Shown piece after piece: positions 25,306 through 38,109 of a stretch of DNA of 64,000 nt (within the stretch, counting starts at the first letter, position 1; every line of letters begins with the position of its first letter). The notes under the pieces are model-generated. The model was not told where the DNA came from. It saw nothing but the letters and a program-made list of their open reading frames with translations, and did no database searches. A program made the translations under genes and the position numbers. The DNA lies in assembly GCA_038087875.1 (NCBI GenBank), contig CM075990.1:3040001-3104000 (forward strand). The letters are read 5' to 3'. The stretch comes from Malacoraja senta. Taxonomy: Eukaryota.

Positions 25306-25529
25306 TGCATCTGCTTTATCTCAGCAACTTGGGGCTTGTAGGTTCTGTCTAACTTGATTAATCCTCTGACAACCGTTTCTGCGCACACACCCTCTGATCC
25401 TCATTCAAACTTAGCGAATAGTGAAAGGGTTAAAATAGTGGATGTGGAGAGAATATTACCACTCGTGGGGTAGTGCAGGATTAAAGGAAATCCCTTTAGG
25501 AAGGAGATGAGGAGGAATTTCTTTAGTAA

Positions 25530-25975
25530 CAGACAATAGACAATAGGTGCAGGAGCAGGCCATTCGGCCCTTCGAGCCAGCACCGCCATTCAATGTGATC
25601 ATGGCTGATCATCCCCAATCAGTACCCCGTTCCTGCCTTCTCCCCATATCCCCTGACTCCACTATTTTTAAGAGTCCTATCTAGCTCTCTCTTGAAAGCA
25701 TCCAGAGAACCTGCCTCCACCGCCCTCTGAGGCAGAGAATTCCACAGACTCACCACTCTCTGTGAGAAAAAGTGTTTCCTCGTCTCCGTTCTAAATGGCT
25801 TACTCCATATTCTTAAACTGTGGCCCCTGGTTCTGGACTCCCCCAACATCGGGAACATGTTTCCTGCCTCTAGTGTGTCCAAGCCCTTAACAATCTTATA
25901 TGTTTCAATGAGATCCCCATCCTTCTAAACTCCAGAGTGTACAAGCCCAGCCGCTCCATTCTCTCAGCATACGAC
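25530..25975 (-). mobile_element. CR1 3' fragment nested in an older opposite-strand CR1
   Basis: ORF 25619-25882; flanks 25430-25528 and 25978-26200 rejoin as a + strand CR1. Confidence 0.85.
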
Positions 25976-26427
25976 AGGGAGGTGAGTCTGTGGAATCCAT
26001 TACCAGAGTCGGCTGTGGAGGCCGTCAATGGATATTTTAAAGTCAGAGATAGATAGATTATTGATTAGTACGGGTGTCGGGGGTTATGGGGAGAAGGCAG
26101 GAGAATGGGGTTAGGAGAGAGAGATAGATCAGACATGATTGGATGGCATAGTAGATGGGCCAAATGGCCTAAGTCTGCTCCTATCACTTATGACCTTATG
26201 ACTTTATGACGCACTCGGATCTGTAAAATGTATCACCTTAAACTCCAAAACAATGATCGCTCTTCACAACGTTGAAGCCTTGCTTGACGCTTTTGCATGT
26301 GATAGTTGCATGAGATGTCCTCCCATCTCGAAGGTACAGGTACTATTATGGCTCGCGGACTGTGTATATCATCAAGCTCAGATACCCATTCCAAACCAAG
26401 GAAGAAGGAAATGTGTAAGAAAAAAGT

Positions 26428-26622
26428 GCAGATGCTGGTAAAATCGAAGGTGGACACAGAATGCTGGAGTAACTCAGCGGGTGAGGCAGCATCTGTGGAG
26501 AGAAGAATTGGGTATCGTTTTGGGTTCAGACTGATGAAGGGTCTCGACCCGAAACGTCGCCCATTCCTTCTCTCCACAGATGCTGCCTCACCCGCTGAGT
26601 TACTCCAACATTTTGTGTCCAC
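26428..26622. mobile_element. Inverted pair of Penelope pLTR units with hammerhead motif
   Basis: Arms are reverse complements; CTGATGA-AGGGTCTCGACCC-GAAA-CGTC at 26531-26558. Confidence 0.8.
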
Positions 26623-26927
26623 CAAGGAAGAAGGAAGAAGAGTCTCGTCCCGAAAGGTCCAGCATCTGTGTTTCCTCCTACCCTCGTTCATCGCGGCGCC
26701 GGTGAAGCCTCGTGGGTCGATGAGAGTGCGGGGTGAACCACCATGAGTGGGGGAGGGGAACACCAATGGGTGGACCTGGCATGGGTGGGTGGGGGGGGGA
26801 GAATAAAGGAGGAGCCGGCGTCTTTGTAACACTCTGAAGGTGGCCGCTATTTGTATACCTTGGGTGTGCAAGCAAAGAATTGTGTGCAAGCAAAGATAAG
26901 CATTGAAGTATTTTGGAAATACATAGT

Positions 26928-27608
26928 CAATAGACAATAGACAATAGACAATAGGTGCAGGAGTAGGCCATTCAGCCCTTTGAGCCAGCACCGCCATTCA
27001 ATGTGATCATGGCTGATCATCCCCAATCAGTAGCCCGATCCTGCCTTCTCCCCATATCCCCTGACTCCGCTATCTTTAAGAGCCCTATCTAGCTCTCTCT
27101 TGAAAGTTTCCAGAGAACCGGCCTCCACCGCCCTCTGAGGCAGAGAATTCCACAGACTCACAAGTCTCTGTGAGAAAAAGTGTTTCCTCGTCTCCGTTCT
27201 AAATGGCTTACTCCTTATTCTTAAACTGTGGCCCCTGGTTCTGGACTCCCCCAATATCGGTAACATGTTTCCTGCCTCTCACGTGTCCAAACCCTTAACA
27301 ATCGCAGGTACACAAAAATGCTGGAGAAACTCAGTGGGTGCAGCAGCATCTATGGAGCGAAGGAAATAGGTAACGTTTCGGGCCGAAACCCTTCTTCAGT
27401 CTACTCCTTAACAATCGTATATGTTTCAATAAGATACCCTCTCATCCTTCTAAACTCCACAGTGTACAAGCCCAGCTGCTCCATTTTCTCAGCATATGAC
27501 AGTCCCACCATCCCGGGAATTAACCTTGTAAACCTACGCTGCACTCCCTCAATAGCAAGAATGTCCTTCTTCAAATTAGGGGGCCAAAACTGCACACAAT
27601 ACTCCAGG
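26928..27608 (-). mobile_element. CR1 3' fragment interrupted by a pLTR mini-unit (27305-27405)
   Basis: CR1 ORF motifs on both sides; 12-bp TSD ccttaacaatcg. Confidence 0.88.
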
Positions 27609-29769
27609 TCCTTCTGGGGAAGGGAGATCTGAGGGTGGAGAAGGCTGCTCTGCTTCAGATAAACAATGAGCTGAGGTTTGAAGGTGAGCATGGGATACTG
27701 CTTGTAACATTGAGAAGTCACAGAAAAGAAGGTAAGACGGGCAGCTCAGTGGAGCAGCTGGTAGAGTGGAGCAGCTGCCTCACAGCACCAGAAACTCAGG
27801 TTCGATCCTGACCTCCGGTGCTGTCTGTATGGAGTTTGCACGTTCTCGCTGTGACCGAGTGGGTTTCCTCCGGGTGCTCCGGTTCCCCCCACATCCTGAA
27901 GACATGAGGGGTGGGTAGACAATAGACAATAGACAATAGACAATAGGTGCAGGAGTAGGCCATTCGGCCCTTCGAGCCAGCACCGCCATTCAATGTGATC
28001 ATGGCTGATCATCCCCAATCAGTACCCCGTTCCTGCCTTCTCCCCATATCCCCTGACTCCACTATTTTTAAGAGCCCTATCCAGCTCTCTCTTGAAAGCA
28101 TCCAGAGAACCTGCCTCCACCGCCCTCTGAGGTAGGTTTAATTGGCTTCTGTAAATTGTTCCCTGGTATGTAGGGAGTGGATGCGAATGTGGAATAACAT
28201 AGAGCTAGTGTGAACTAAAGTGACCTGCTGCATGGGTTTACTCCGGGATCTCCGGTTACCTCCCACAGGTTTTGTTGGCTAATTGGCTTGGTAAAATTGT
28301 AATTTGTCCCCCGTGTGTGTAGGACAGTGTTCGTGTGTGGGGTGATGGATGTATGGCGTGGGCTCGGTGGGCCGAAGGGCCTGTTTCCCCGCTGCATCCT
28401 TCGATCAATCCAACCGAGAAGAACCAGGGAAGGTTAGAATAAGTGAGGGGAACTCATATTTCCATCACCGTGTTGTAATTAAAATTAAAATGAAAAGGAA
28501 AAGTGATGGAGAAAACCATAGCTAAAGGCTGAGTGATGATCGCTGTTGGAGAATTAGTTACTTCATGAAAACAGTTCAGGAAAGAGAGAAACAGACTGGA
28601 GGAACCATTTTCTCAGCTTTCTTCTCACCATATGGAAGAGCAGAAGACACTCAAGTTAATCTTCTACTAAACTAATAAAAAACAACATTTTCTGCAGACC
28701 TTGGGGGAGAAACATTTGTTCCAATCGTTTTATTGCAATGCTACAAACAATATGGTGTAGCTTAAGCAAACACATCTTATTACTCTAACCAACTGGTAAT
28801 ATGAAATGGTTGCTATTCTGCAGCTGCAAAGTATTAATAACTGTTCTGTTAAAAGCTGCTTTATTTATTTCCTCCCGTTATAACATTTTAATTGTAGCCT
28901 TAAGACCTGAAAGTTCACGCAAATAACCGAGGGCTTTCTCAAAGCCTTATTAAACGTGGTTCTTTATGAACAAGAGGCGCTGTTATTAGGATATCCTGCT
29001 TAATGCTTCTCCTTTTGCTGTGGTGCTGAAATAATGCACGAGAAAACTGCCCCCCCCTCCAAACCCTGTCATAAATTTGATTGTAGTTAAGCTTTGAACA
29101 TCCGAATTAAATGAGTAACAAATGCGAGAATGGAAGTCATGGCTTCTTTAAGGGAAAACTGAAGGCATTATCGACGCTACAATCTTAAAATTCTCATCTT
29201 GGTTGGTATCTCATTTCCTGGAATTCCTGCCTCCGACCTTAGCTTAGTTTAGTTTAGAGATACTGAGCGGTAACAGGCCCTTCAGCCCACCGGGTCCGCG
29301 CCGACCAGCGATCGCCCTGCACATTAACACTGCCCTACACACACTAGGGACGATTTACACTTATACCAAGCCAATTAACCTACAAACCTGTACGTCTTTG
29401 GAGTGTGGGAGGAAACCGGAGCACCTGGAGAAAACCCACGCAGGTCACGGGGAGAACGTACAAACTCCGTACAAACAGCAGCCGTAGTTAGGTTTGAACC
29501 CTGTGGCCTAATTCTACTCTCTATCACTTATCAACTTATGAACTTATGAAAAACCCTGTCAGAGGTACAGACACGGGTTATTGATTTGGGACGATAAGGC
29601 AGGCACGGGTTATTGATTTGGGACGATCAGCCATGATCACAATGAATGGCGGTGCTGGCTCGAAGGGCCGAATGGCCTCCTGCTGCACCTATTTTCTATT
29701 TGTCTCTGTTTTTCTAGGTGGTCAGCCATTTTGAGCAGAACGGTTACTAGTGTAGTCTTTATATATTTC

Positions 29770-30472
29770 CTGGACCCAGCACACTGATGCAATTAACTGA
29801 TGCAATTATTATCAACGCCTCTAATTCCTGAGAAGATGAGGGAGGTTTGGTAAGTCAGAGAGTATTGACTTGAACGTCTACAGGTGAACAGCAGAGAGCA
29901 TATTGACTGGTTGCATCATGGCCTGGTTCGGCAACTCGAATGCCCAGGAGCGAAAAAGACTGCAACAAGTTGTGACCACTGCCCTGTCCATCTTGGGTAC
30001 TGACATCCCCACCATCAAAGGGATCTACAGGAGTCGCTGCCTCAAAACGGCAGCCAGCATCATCAGAGACCCACACCACCCTTGCCACGCTCTCATCTCC
30101 CCCCTGCCATCGGGAAGAAGGTACAGGAGCCTGAAAACTGTAACGTCCAGGTTCAGGAACTGCTTCTTCCCTACAGCCATTCGGCTATTAAACACTATAA
30201 CCTCAAATAAGCTCTGAACTACATAGGCTATTATTGTTATTATTGCACTATTATTGGTTGTTTTTTGTGTGTGTATATGTGTGCGTGCATGCCTGTGTGT
30301 GTGTATATATATGTGTGTGTGTGTGTGTGTGTGAGTGTGTGAACTGAATTTTTTTTCCCCTCTCGTTTATCATATTGTTTACAGTGTACTATGTTTACAT
30401 ATTCTGTTGTGCTGCTGCATGTAAGAATGTCATTGTTCTCTCTGGGACATATGACAATAAAACACTCTTGAC
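29770..30472 (+). mobile_element. Rex-Babar LINE 3' fragment with 3'UTR
   Basis: ORF 29903-30217 motifs; ends gacaataaaacactcttgactc. Confidence 0.85.
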
Positions 30473-31143
30473 TCCTGTTTAGTTTCCTTTAGAGATACAG
30501 CGTGGAAACAGGCCTTTCGGCCCACCGGGTCCACATTGTCAAGCGATCCCCACACATTTACACTACCCTACACACAGTAGGGACAATTTTCTTTACATTT
30601 ATACCAAGCCATTTAACTTACAAACCTGTGCGTCTTTGGAGTGTGGGAGGAAACTGAAGGTCTCGGAGAAAACCCACGCAGGTCACGGGGAGAACGTACA
30701 AACTCTGTACAGACAGCACCCGTAGTCGGGATCGAACCTGGGTCTCTGGCGCTGCAAAGCAGTAGCTCTATCGCTGCGCCACGGAGCTGCGATATCAAGA
30801 GAAGCAAATATAAGCTAGGAGTCAGCAGCTCCAAGAACAGGGTGGATACCATTATCGGAAAAGGTGCTCGAGCCAGATTTGAGTAAAGGCTTTGCTTTAA
30901 AGGTATTGTTCCCTGAATGAGGCAAAGTCCATTTCTCTAGAAAGAAAACACTTGCCAATAAAAAATCCACGTAAAGAAACATTTTTTTCCCCCCAGTTTT
31001 TTTTCGTTTTAAGATGAGTTTAGTTTAGTTTAGAGATGCAGCATGGAACCAGGCCCCGAAGAAGGGTCCAGTCCCTAAATCCACATATCAATTGTCTCCA
31101 GAGACGCTGCCTGATCCGCTGAGTTACTCCAGTATTTTATGTC

Positions 31144-31149
<6 letters not shown>

Positions 31150-31179
<30 letters not shown>

Positions 31180-31582
31180 TTATTTATTAGAAGTACATTA
31201 CATCACAGCCACATACATTAATACTCGTCATTTATCTTCTTACAATTAATGTACTCCCTTTATTTATTTTTTTTACACTAAAGAAAGAAAAGATTGAAAG
31301 AGAGAAGAAAGTGAAGGAAAAAGTGCAAGTGTAGAAAAGTGTAGAAAATGTAACAACAAAAAAGGACGAAGACCCTATAAGAGCGAAATTAAAAACAAAA
31401 AGAAAAAGAGTTAAGAAATAGGCCCTAAGAAAAGAAAAGAGAGAGAGAAAAAAAGAAAAACAAATGTTTTTTTTTGAGCATCACGTAAATAGGACATACC
31501 AACTCTTCAACTATCATCCCCCCTTACCCGACCTCAATTTTTTATTTTTTTAAAGTACTTTTGCACCCTATGTTTGTAATAA
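31150..31582 (-). mobile_element. 5'-truncated L1 (last ORF2 codons, 3'UTR, polyA)
   Basis: Poly(T) to 31174; right end ttgcaccctatgtttgtaataa matches the L1 ORF2 end at ~59098; 121-bp flanking direct repeats. Confidence 0.85.
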
Positions 31583-32346
31583 TTTAGAGATACAGCATGG
31601 AACCAGGCCCCGAAGAAGGGTCCAGTCCCTAAATCCACATATCAATTGTCTCCAGAGACGCTGCCTGATCCGCTGAGTTACTCCAGTATTTTATGTCTAT
31701 TTTAAGCCTTCTCTGCACCCTATCCAAAACCTCATCCTTCAAGTGATGGGGCAGTCGGAACTGCAGGCAATATTCCAAATGCGGCCAAACTCAATGTCCT
31801 GCAAAGCTGCAAAATGTTCTATGCAGACTTGTAAGGACTGAAGATATAGCCACAAAGGGTGAGGGAGGGAAAGCATCGGAACAATTTGCCATGCTGGCAG
31901 AGGAGGAATATATACAGGTGCTGCGTACAGGTGCCTGTGGTGAAAAGTTAGGCTCACTGCTATTAACTGTATTACTGTATCATAGAGTCATACAGCATGG
32001 AAAGGACCCTTCAGCCCAACTTGCCCACACCGGCCAACATGTCCCTTTGACACTAGTCCCACCCGCCTGCGTTTGGCCCATATCTCTCTAAACCTATCCT
32101 ATCCATGTACCTGTCCAAATGTTTCTTAAATGTTGTAGGTACACAAAAATGCTGGAGAAACTCAGCGGGTGCAGCAGCATCTATGGAGCGAAGGAAATAG
32201 GCAACGTTTCGGGCCGAAACCCTTCTTCAGACCCTCCTCCATAGATGCTCCATAGATGCTGCTGCACCCGCTGAGTTTCACCAGCATTTTTGTGTACCTT
32301 TGATTTTCCAGCATCTGCAGTTCCTTCTTTAACACATTTCTTAAAG

Positions 32347-32826
32347 TGTTCGGCAACTTGTGCGCCCAGGAGCGGAAAAGACTGCAAAAAGTTGTAAACA
32401 CTGCCCAGTCCATCATTGGCTCTGACCTCCCTTCCATCGAGGGGATCTACCACAGTCGCTGCCTCAAAAAGGCTGGCAGCATCATCAAAGACCCACACCA
32501 TCCTGGCCACACACTCATCTCCCCGGTACCTTCAGGTAGAAGGTACAGGAGCCTGAAATCTGCAACATCCAGGTTCAGGAATAGCTACTTCCCCACAGCC
32601 ATCAGGCTATTAAACTCAACTCAAACAAAACTCTGATCATTAATAGCCCATTGCACTTTATATGCTTATTTATGTGTGTATATATATATATATTCAATGG
32701 TTTATGGACACACTGATCCGTTCTGTATTTATTCATGCCTACTATGTTCTGTTGTGCTGAAGCAAAGCAAGAATTTCATTGTCCCATCTGGGACACATGA
32801 CAATAAACTCTCTTGAATCTTGAATC
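32347..32826 (+). mobile_element. Rex-Babar LINE 3' fragment
   Basis: ORF 32346-32636; tail ctcttgaatcttgaatc. Confidence 0.85.
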
Positions 32827-33418
32827 TAAGTCCCTGCCTCAACTATTTCCTCAGACAGCTCGTTCCATAAACTTACCACACTTTGTGAAAAAAAGTTGCG
32901 TCCCTCACCTTAAAGACTCCATGTATTCACCCTATCTATTCCTCTCATGATCTTGTACACCTCTCTAAGATCACCCCTCATCTTCCTGCGCGCCAGGGAA
33001 TAAAGTCCTAGCTAACTGAACCTCTCACTATAGCTCAGTCCCTCGAGTCATGGCAACATCTGCACCCTTTCCAGACTGACAACATCTTTCCTATAATAGT
33101 GTGACCAAAACTGAACATAATACTCTAACTATGGCTTCACCTATTATTTCAGACTTTGGACTTTAGAGATACAGCATGGAACCAGTACCTTCACACCAAG
33201 TTCCCACCGACCAGCGATCCCCGTACACTAGCACTATCCTACCCCCTGGGGACAATTGGCTACACAAAACCCAATTAACCTGCCAATCTGTATATCTTTG
33301 GCATGTTGGAGGAAACCGGAGTACCTGGAGAAAACCCACGCGGTCACTGGGGGAACGTCCAAACTCCGTACAGACAGCACCAGTGGTCAGGATCGAACAC
33401 TGGCCCCAGGCGCTGTAA

Positions 33419-34010
33419 AGGGCCTGTACCACTTTCACGAGGTCATTCACGAATTCTCCCGAGTTTTCCCCTGATTCAAACTCGCAGAATGTCCGTAACG
33501 AGTCCGTAGCGAGTTCGTAGATATATCGTAGCGGCTCGTTATGCCGGCCATAGGTACTCGGGGCATCAGGTAAGTCAGGACGTTTTTTCCAGCACGATGA
33601 AAAATGACCACGAGTAAAAAAATATTCGGGATGAAAAAAATTGCAACTTTTTACTCGTAGTTAGTTCGTCGGCAGACTACGTAGTAGGCCGCGAGGGTAG
33701 TCGTAGGTAGTCGTGGGTACTCGTAGATATTCATGGGTACTCGTAGATATTCGTGGGTACTCGTAGATATTCGTGGGTACTCGTAGATATTCGTGGGTAC
33801 TCGTAGCTCGGCAGCTAGACAGAGAAAAAAAGATGAGTGAAAAAGAAAGCTTAAGTCAACATCAGAACGTGACCTGTGTCACTCCAGTTCGTGACCATAT
33901 ACGTGGAAGGTCATAGGAGTTCGTAGATTACCAAAATCTTGATTTTTTTTTTAACGTCCTTTAAACTTGGCAGAGGTTTTGGATTAAGTCGTGAAAGTGG
34001 GACAGGCCCT
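33419..34010. mobile_element. Harbinger-type MITE inserted in a V-SINE head
   Basis: TIR AGGGCCTGT(A/C)CCACTTTCACGA; TAA TSD 33416-33418 / 34011-34013; internal 20-bp tandem repeat 33711-33806. Confidence 0.9.
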
Positions 34011-35871
34011 TAAGGCAGCAGCTCTAGCCCTGGACCACCGTGCCGCCCCCTTCAAGGATCTGGACATGTGACTGCCGTCTCGCGACGGATTTTCTCGTGC
34101 AAGTCGTGGTGATGAGCAGCTTTTTGTTTTGTGGTATTTCCTGGCATTCGGGTTTTCCACTTCTCAGAAGAACCACTGAGTGCATCGAAGCGGGCCAGAG
34201 TTTGACGTCGAATAAACATCTGTCCCCATAGTCAAAGCTGCAATCGGCACAGTGGGGAGGGGTAAGGAGATAGTGCAAAGTCAGCATCGCCGACTCCCTC
34301 CACCCTCCTCACCGGTGTTCATTGCCGAGTAAGGGCCGGGTTCGGCGGCTACCCGCTCCCAATTCTGCTGCGGGTGAGCCCGGCCTTCTCTCACGGTATT
34401 GCCACAGCTCACTGGGACCTTCTACCACATGCGGCTTGTCCGGACTTGTAGATAGACACAAAATTCTGGAGTAACTCAGCGGGACAGGCAGCATCTCTGG
34501 AGAGAAGGAATGGGTGACGTCTCGGGTCGAGGCCCTTCTTCAGACTGATCTTGTCGGGACTTGTTGCAGTTTGTAACTGTTGCAAACATGAAATCTATCT
34601 AAGACTTGTGGCAACAGCAAACATTCCCCATGACAGAACATCGAGGAATAATTCTTCCTTTTCTCGGACGTCCCTTGGGAACATAAGACCAATAGACATA
34701 GGAGCAGACTTTGGCAAATTGGCCATTTGAGTCTTTTCCTCCATTCAATCATGGCTTGTCTATCTTTCCCTCTCAACCCCATTCTCCTGACTTCTCCCCA
34801 TAACCTTGGACAGTCATACTAATCAAGACCTTACCAATCTCAAGACCCTAAAATATCCAATGCCTTGGCCTTCACTGCTGTCTGTGGCAATGAAACAGAA
34901 TTTACCACCTTCTGGCTATAGAAATTCCTCCTCATCCCCATCTTAAAGGTACATCCTTTTTTTCCTGAGGTTGAGCCCTCTGCTCCTAAACTCTTCCACG
35001 AGGAGTTAGAATTTAGACTTTAGAGATACAGCTTGGAAACAGGCCCTTCGGTCCACCAAGTCCGTGTTGACCAGTGATCGCCGTGTACACCAGCACTATC
35101 CTACACATTAGCGACAATTTACAATATTACCAAAGCTAATTAACCAACAAACCTGTACATCTTTGTAATGTTGGGAGGAAACCAGAGCACCCGGAGAAAA
35201 CTCACGCTGTCACGGGGAGAACGTGCAAACTCCGTACAGACAGCACCCGTAGTTAGGATCGAACCCATGTCTCTGGCGCTGTGAGGCAGCAACTCTACCG
35301 CTGCGCCACTGTGCCGCCCCGCTGGAAACCATTGCAAGCGTTCTCTCCACATCCACTCCATCCACTCCTTTCATTGTTCTGTAGGTTTCAATGAGATCCC
35401 CCTTGTTTCCATTCCATTCTGTGGGGTTGGTGGTAGCGAATGAAACCAATGTGACACCAAACCGTGACATAAATGGAGCATGGAGTGCTTGACAGGGCAG
35501 GCAGGTGAGTAGTTTGGAATAGCTCCCTTCTACAGTAATTTTCACTGCATGCTACTGAATACGTAGTAGCCATTTAGCTTAACTCAGTATATTATAATAA
35601 TAACCAGTTACTTATAAATATTTATCTGCCTGTTATTATGTGGGTGGGATTCCTACGTAGTCTGGGGCGTGGTTTGTGGCTGGGACTCCCACGGAGGTTA
35701 GTTTAGTTCTATGAAGATGGTGGGAGAGGCATAGTTTTCGACCATGGACACGAGCATGACCACCAGTATGATTGAAACGTATATATGCTGGAAGATGATG
35801 TACTTATACAAGAAGATGTTTTCAGAGTGATTTTACTGTTTGTACTACTATAATAAAGAAATTATCAATCA

Positions 35872-36198
35872 AGGGGCCACAGTTTAAGAATAAGGAGTAA
35901 GCCATTTAGAGCGGTGACGAGGAAACACTTTTTCTCACAGAGAGTGGTGAGTCTGTGGAATTCTCTCCCTCAGAGGGCGGTGGAGGCAGGTTCTCTGGAT
36001 GCTTTCAAGAGAGAACTAGATAGGGCTCTTAAAAATAGCGGAGTCAGGGGATATGGGGAGAAGGCAGGAACGAGGTACTGATTGGGGATGATCAGCCATG
36101 ATCACATTGAATGGCGGTGCTGGCTCGAAGGGCCGAATGGCCTACTCCTGCACCTATTGTTTATTGTCTATTGTCTATTGTCTATTGTCTATTGTCTA
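35872..36198 (+). mobile_element. CR1 3' end
   Basis: ggggccacagtttaagaataagg through (ATTGTCT)n tail. Confidence 0.9.
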
Positions 36199-36507
36199 AG
36201 AGACTGTTTCTGGAATATCGATCTCTCGACGGCGGTGAATGTCTTGTGGAGGGCTCGTGGGTGCGTATAGATTACCTTCTGATCCACGGTCATCAATTAA
36301 AGTGACTATTGAGGGCTAAACCCTTGAGACGTCGTAGAGACTGTCGCTATATGACTCTTCAGATTCCCCTTCTTCATTTAGTTTAGTTTAGCCTAGTTTA
36401 GTCTCGAACCGAAACGTCACCTATTCCTTTTCTCCAGAGTTGCTGCCCGACCCACTGAGTTACTCCAGCCTTTTGTGTCTGCCTTTCGTTTAGTTTAGTT
36501 TGGAGGT

Positions 36508-36653
36508 GGGATGCAAGCAGAAGCCTCCAACGTCGACAGAAACTGTACCACAGTGACTGACTGAAGTAGCCAATTCTGCAACCACCGACCGTCAACCGTC
36601 ACTGACCGACCGGAAAGACGTGATATAGAAGATGGCCGGACACGAGGAAGAAG
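36508..36653 (+). mobile_element. 146-bp (GAA)-tailed retroelement with degenerate HDV-like head
   Basis: 11-bp TSD agtttggaggt (36497-36507 / 36654-36664); P2 GCAGAA/TTCTGC preceded by C-CAA; 3' end ggacacgaggaagaag resembles that of 977-1220. Confidence 0.65.
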
Positions 36654-37841
36654 AGTTTGGAGGTACAGCGCTGAAACTGGCCCTTCGACCCACCGCATCC
36701 GCACCAATCATTGAGCGCTCCCTACACACTAGGGACAACTTCCAGAGGCCAATTAACCTACAAACCACTGAGAATATTCATGGACCATGGATTCCCGTGA
36801 GATTTATTATTGATTATTATCAGTTTATTATCGTCATGTGCATGGAGACATAACTTTAAAAATTGCTTGTGTGTTATCCAGGAAGACCACAGCATGGACA
36901 AGCTGGGTGAGAGTGCAAGGTAGTGCTGGAGTGAAAGAGAGACAGAATGCAGAACTAGGCACCACCCTACCTGCCTTCTCCCCATAACCTTTGACGGACT
37001 TACTAATCAAGACCCTACCAATCTCTACTTTAAAAATATCCAATGCCTTGGCCCCCACTGCCGTCTGTGGCTTGAAACAGAACTCACCACCTTCTGGCTA
37101 AAGACATTCCTCCTCATCTCCATCTTAAAGGTACATCCTTTTTTCCTGAGGTTGTGCCCTCTGCTCCTAAACTCTTCCACGAGGCGTTAGAATTTAGACT
37201 TTAGAGATACAGCTTGGAAACAGGCCCTTCGGTCCACCAAGTCCGTGTTGACCAGTGATCGCCGGGTACACCAGCACTATCCTACACATTAGCGACAAGT
37301 TACAATTTTACCAAAGCTAATTAACCTACAAATCTGTATGTCTTTGTAATGTTGGGAGGAAACCGGAGCACCCGGAGAAAACCCCCGCAGTCACGGGGAG
37401 AACGTACAAAGTCCGTTCAGACAGCACCCGTAGTCAGGATGTCTACCACCCTACCTGAGGCCATTTGTAGCCCGTCTAAATTGGTCTTGACCTTTACTCG
37501 CTTCCAGCTTTTCAAACCCCCTCCCCCCCCACCCCCACCCCCAACTTTCAGTCTGAAGAAGGATCCCGACCAGAAAAGTCACCCATCCTTTATCTCCAGA
37601 GATACTGCCTGACCTGCTGAGCTACTCCAGCAATTTGTGTCTTTCTTTGGTATAAACCAGCACCTGCAGTTCCCCGTTTCCGCAGAATATAATGTTGCAG
37701 TTGCAGAGACAGCGCGGCAAATTAAAAAAAAATAAGAGCACAGCAAAGTAGATCCCAAGCAATTGAGAGGCAAGTTCAAAAGTCTGAAAACAGCGGGAAA
37801 GAAGTTGTTCTTGAATCTGCTGGCATCTTCTTCTGTCTAAC

Positions 37842-38107
37842 GGAGATTTACGGTAATGGCCACTCGTCGGTACTCGGGGCTCTCGTGGACATTTTTCAAC
37901 GTGTTGAAAAATCTTCACGAGTCTTCCCGAGCTTACCTGCCGTTAGCGAGTCTTCCCGAGTACCTGCCGTTAGCGTTACGAGCCGCTAATAGACGTCCCC
38001 GAACTCCGACGTACCCGCTACGTTCATTCTCCGTGCTTACCACGAGTTTGATTTTTTTTAAACTCGGGAGAGCTCTTGGAATGAACTCGCACCGTGGGAC
38101 AGGGCTA
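37842..38107. mobile_element. Truncated Harbinger-type MITE, same family as 55748-56075
   Basis: Near-identical internal sequence; right TIR followed by TTA. Confidence 0.85.
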
Positions 38108-38109
38108 TT

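Noticed and set aside
31750..31980. Possible host exon (MLAEEEYIQVLRTG)
   Set aside because: No homology recognised, no convincing splice acceptor, and the ORF runs into repeats
33711..33806. Regular 20-bp repeats suggestive of CRISPR
   Set aside because: No unique spacers; internal tandem repeat of a MITE in a eukaryote
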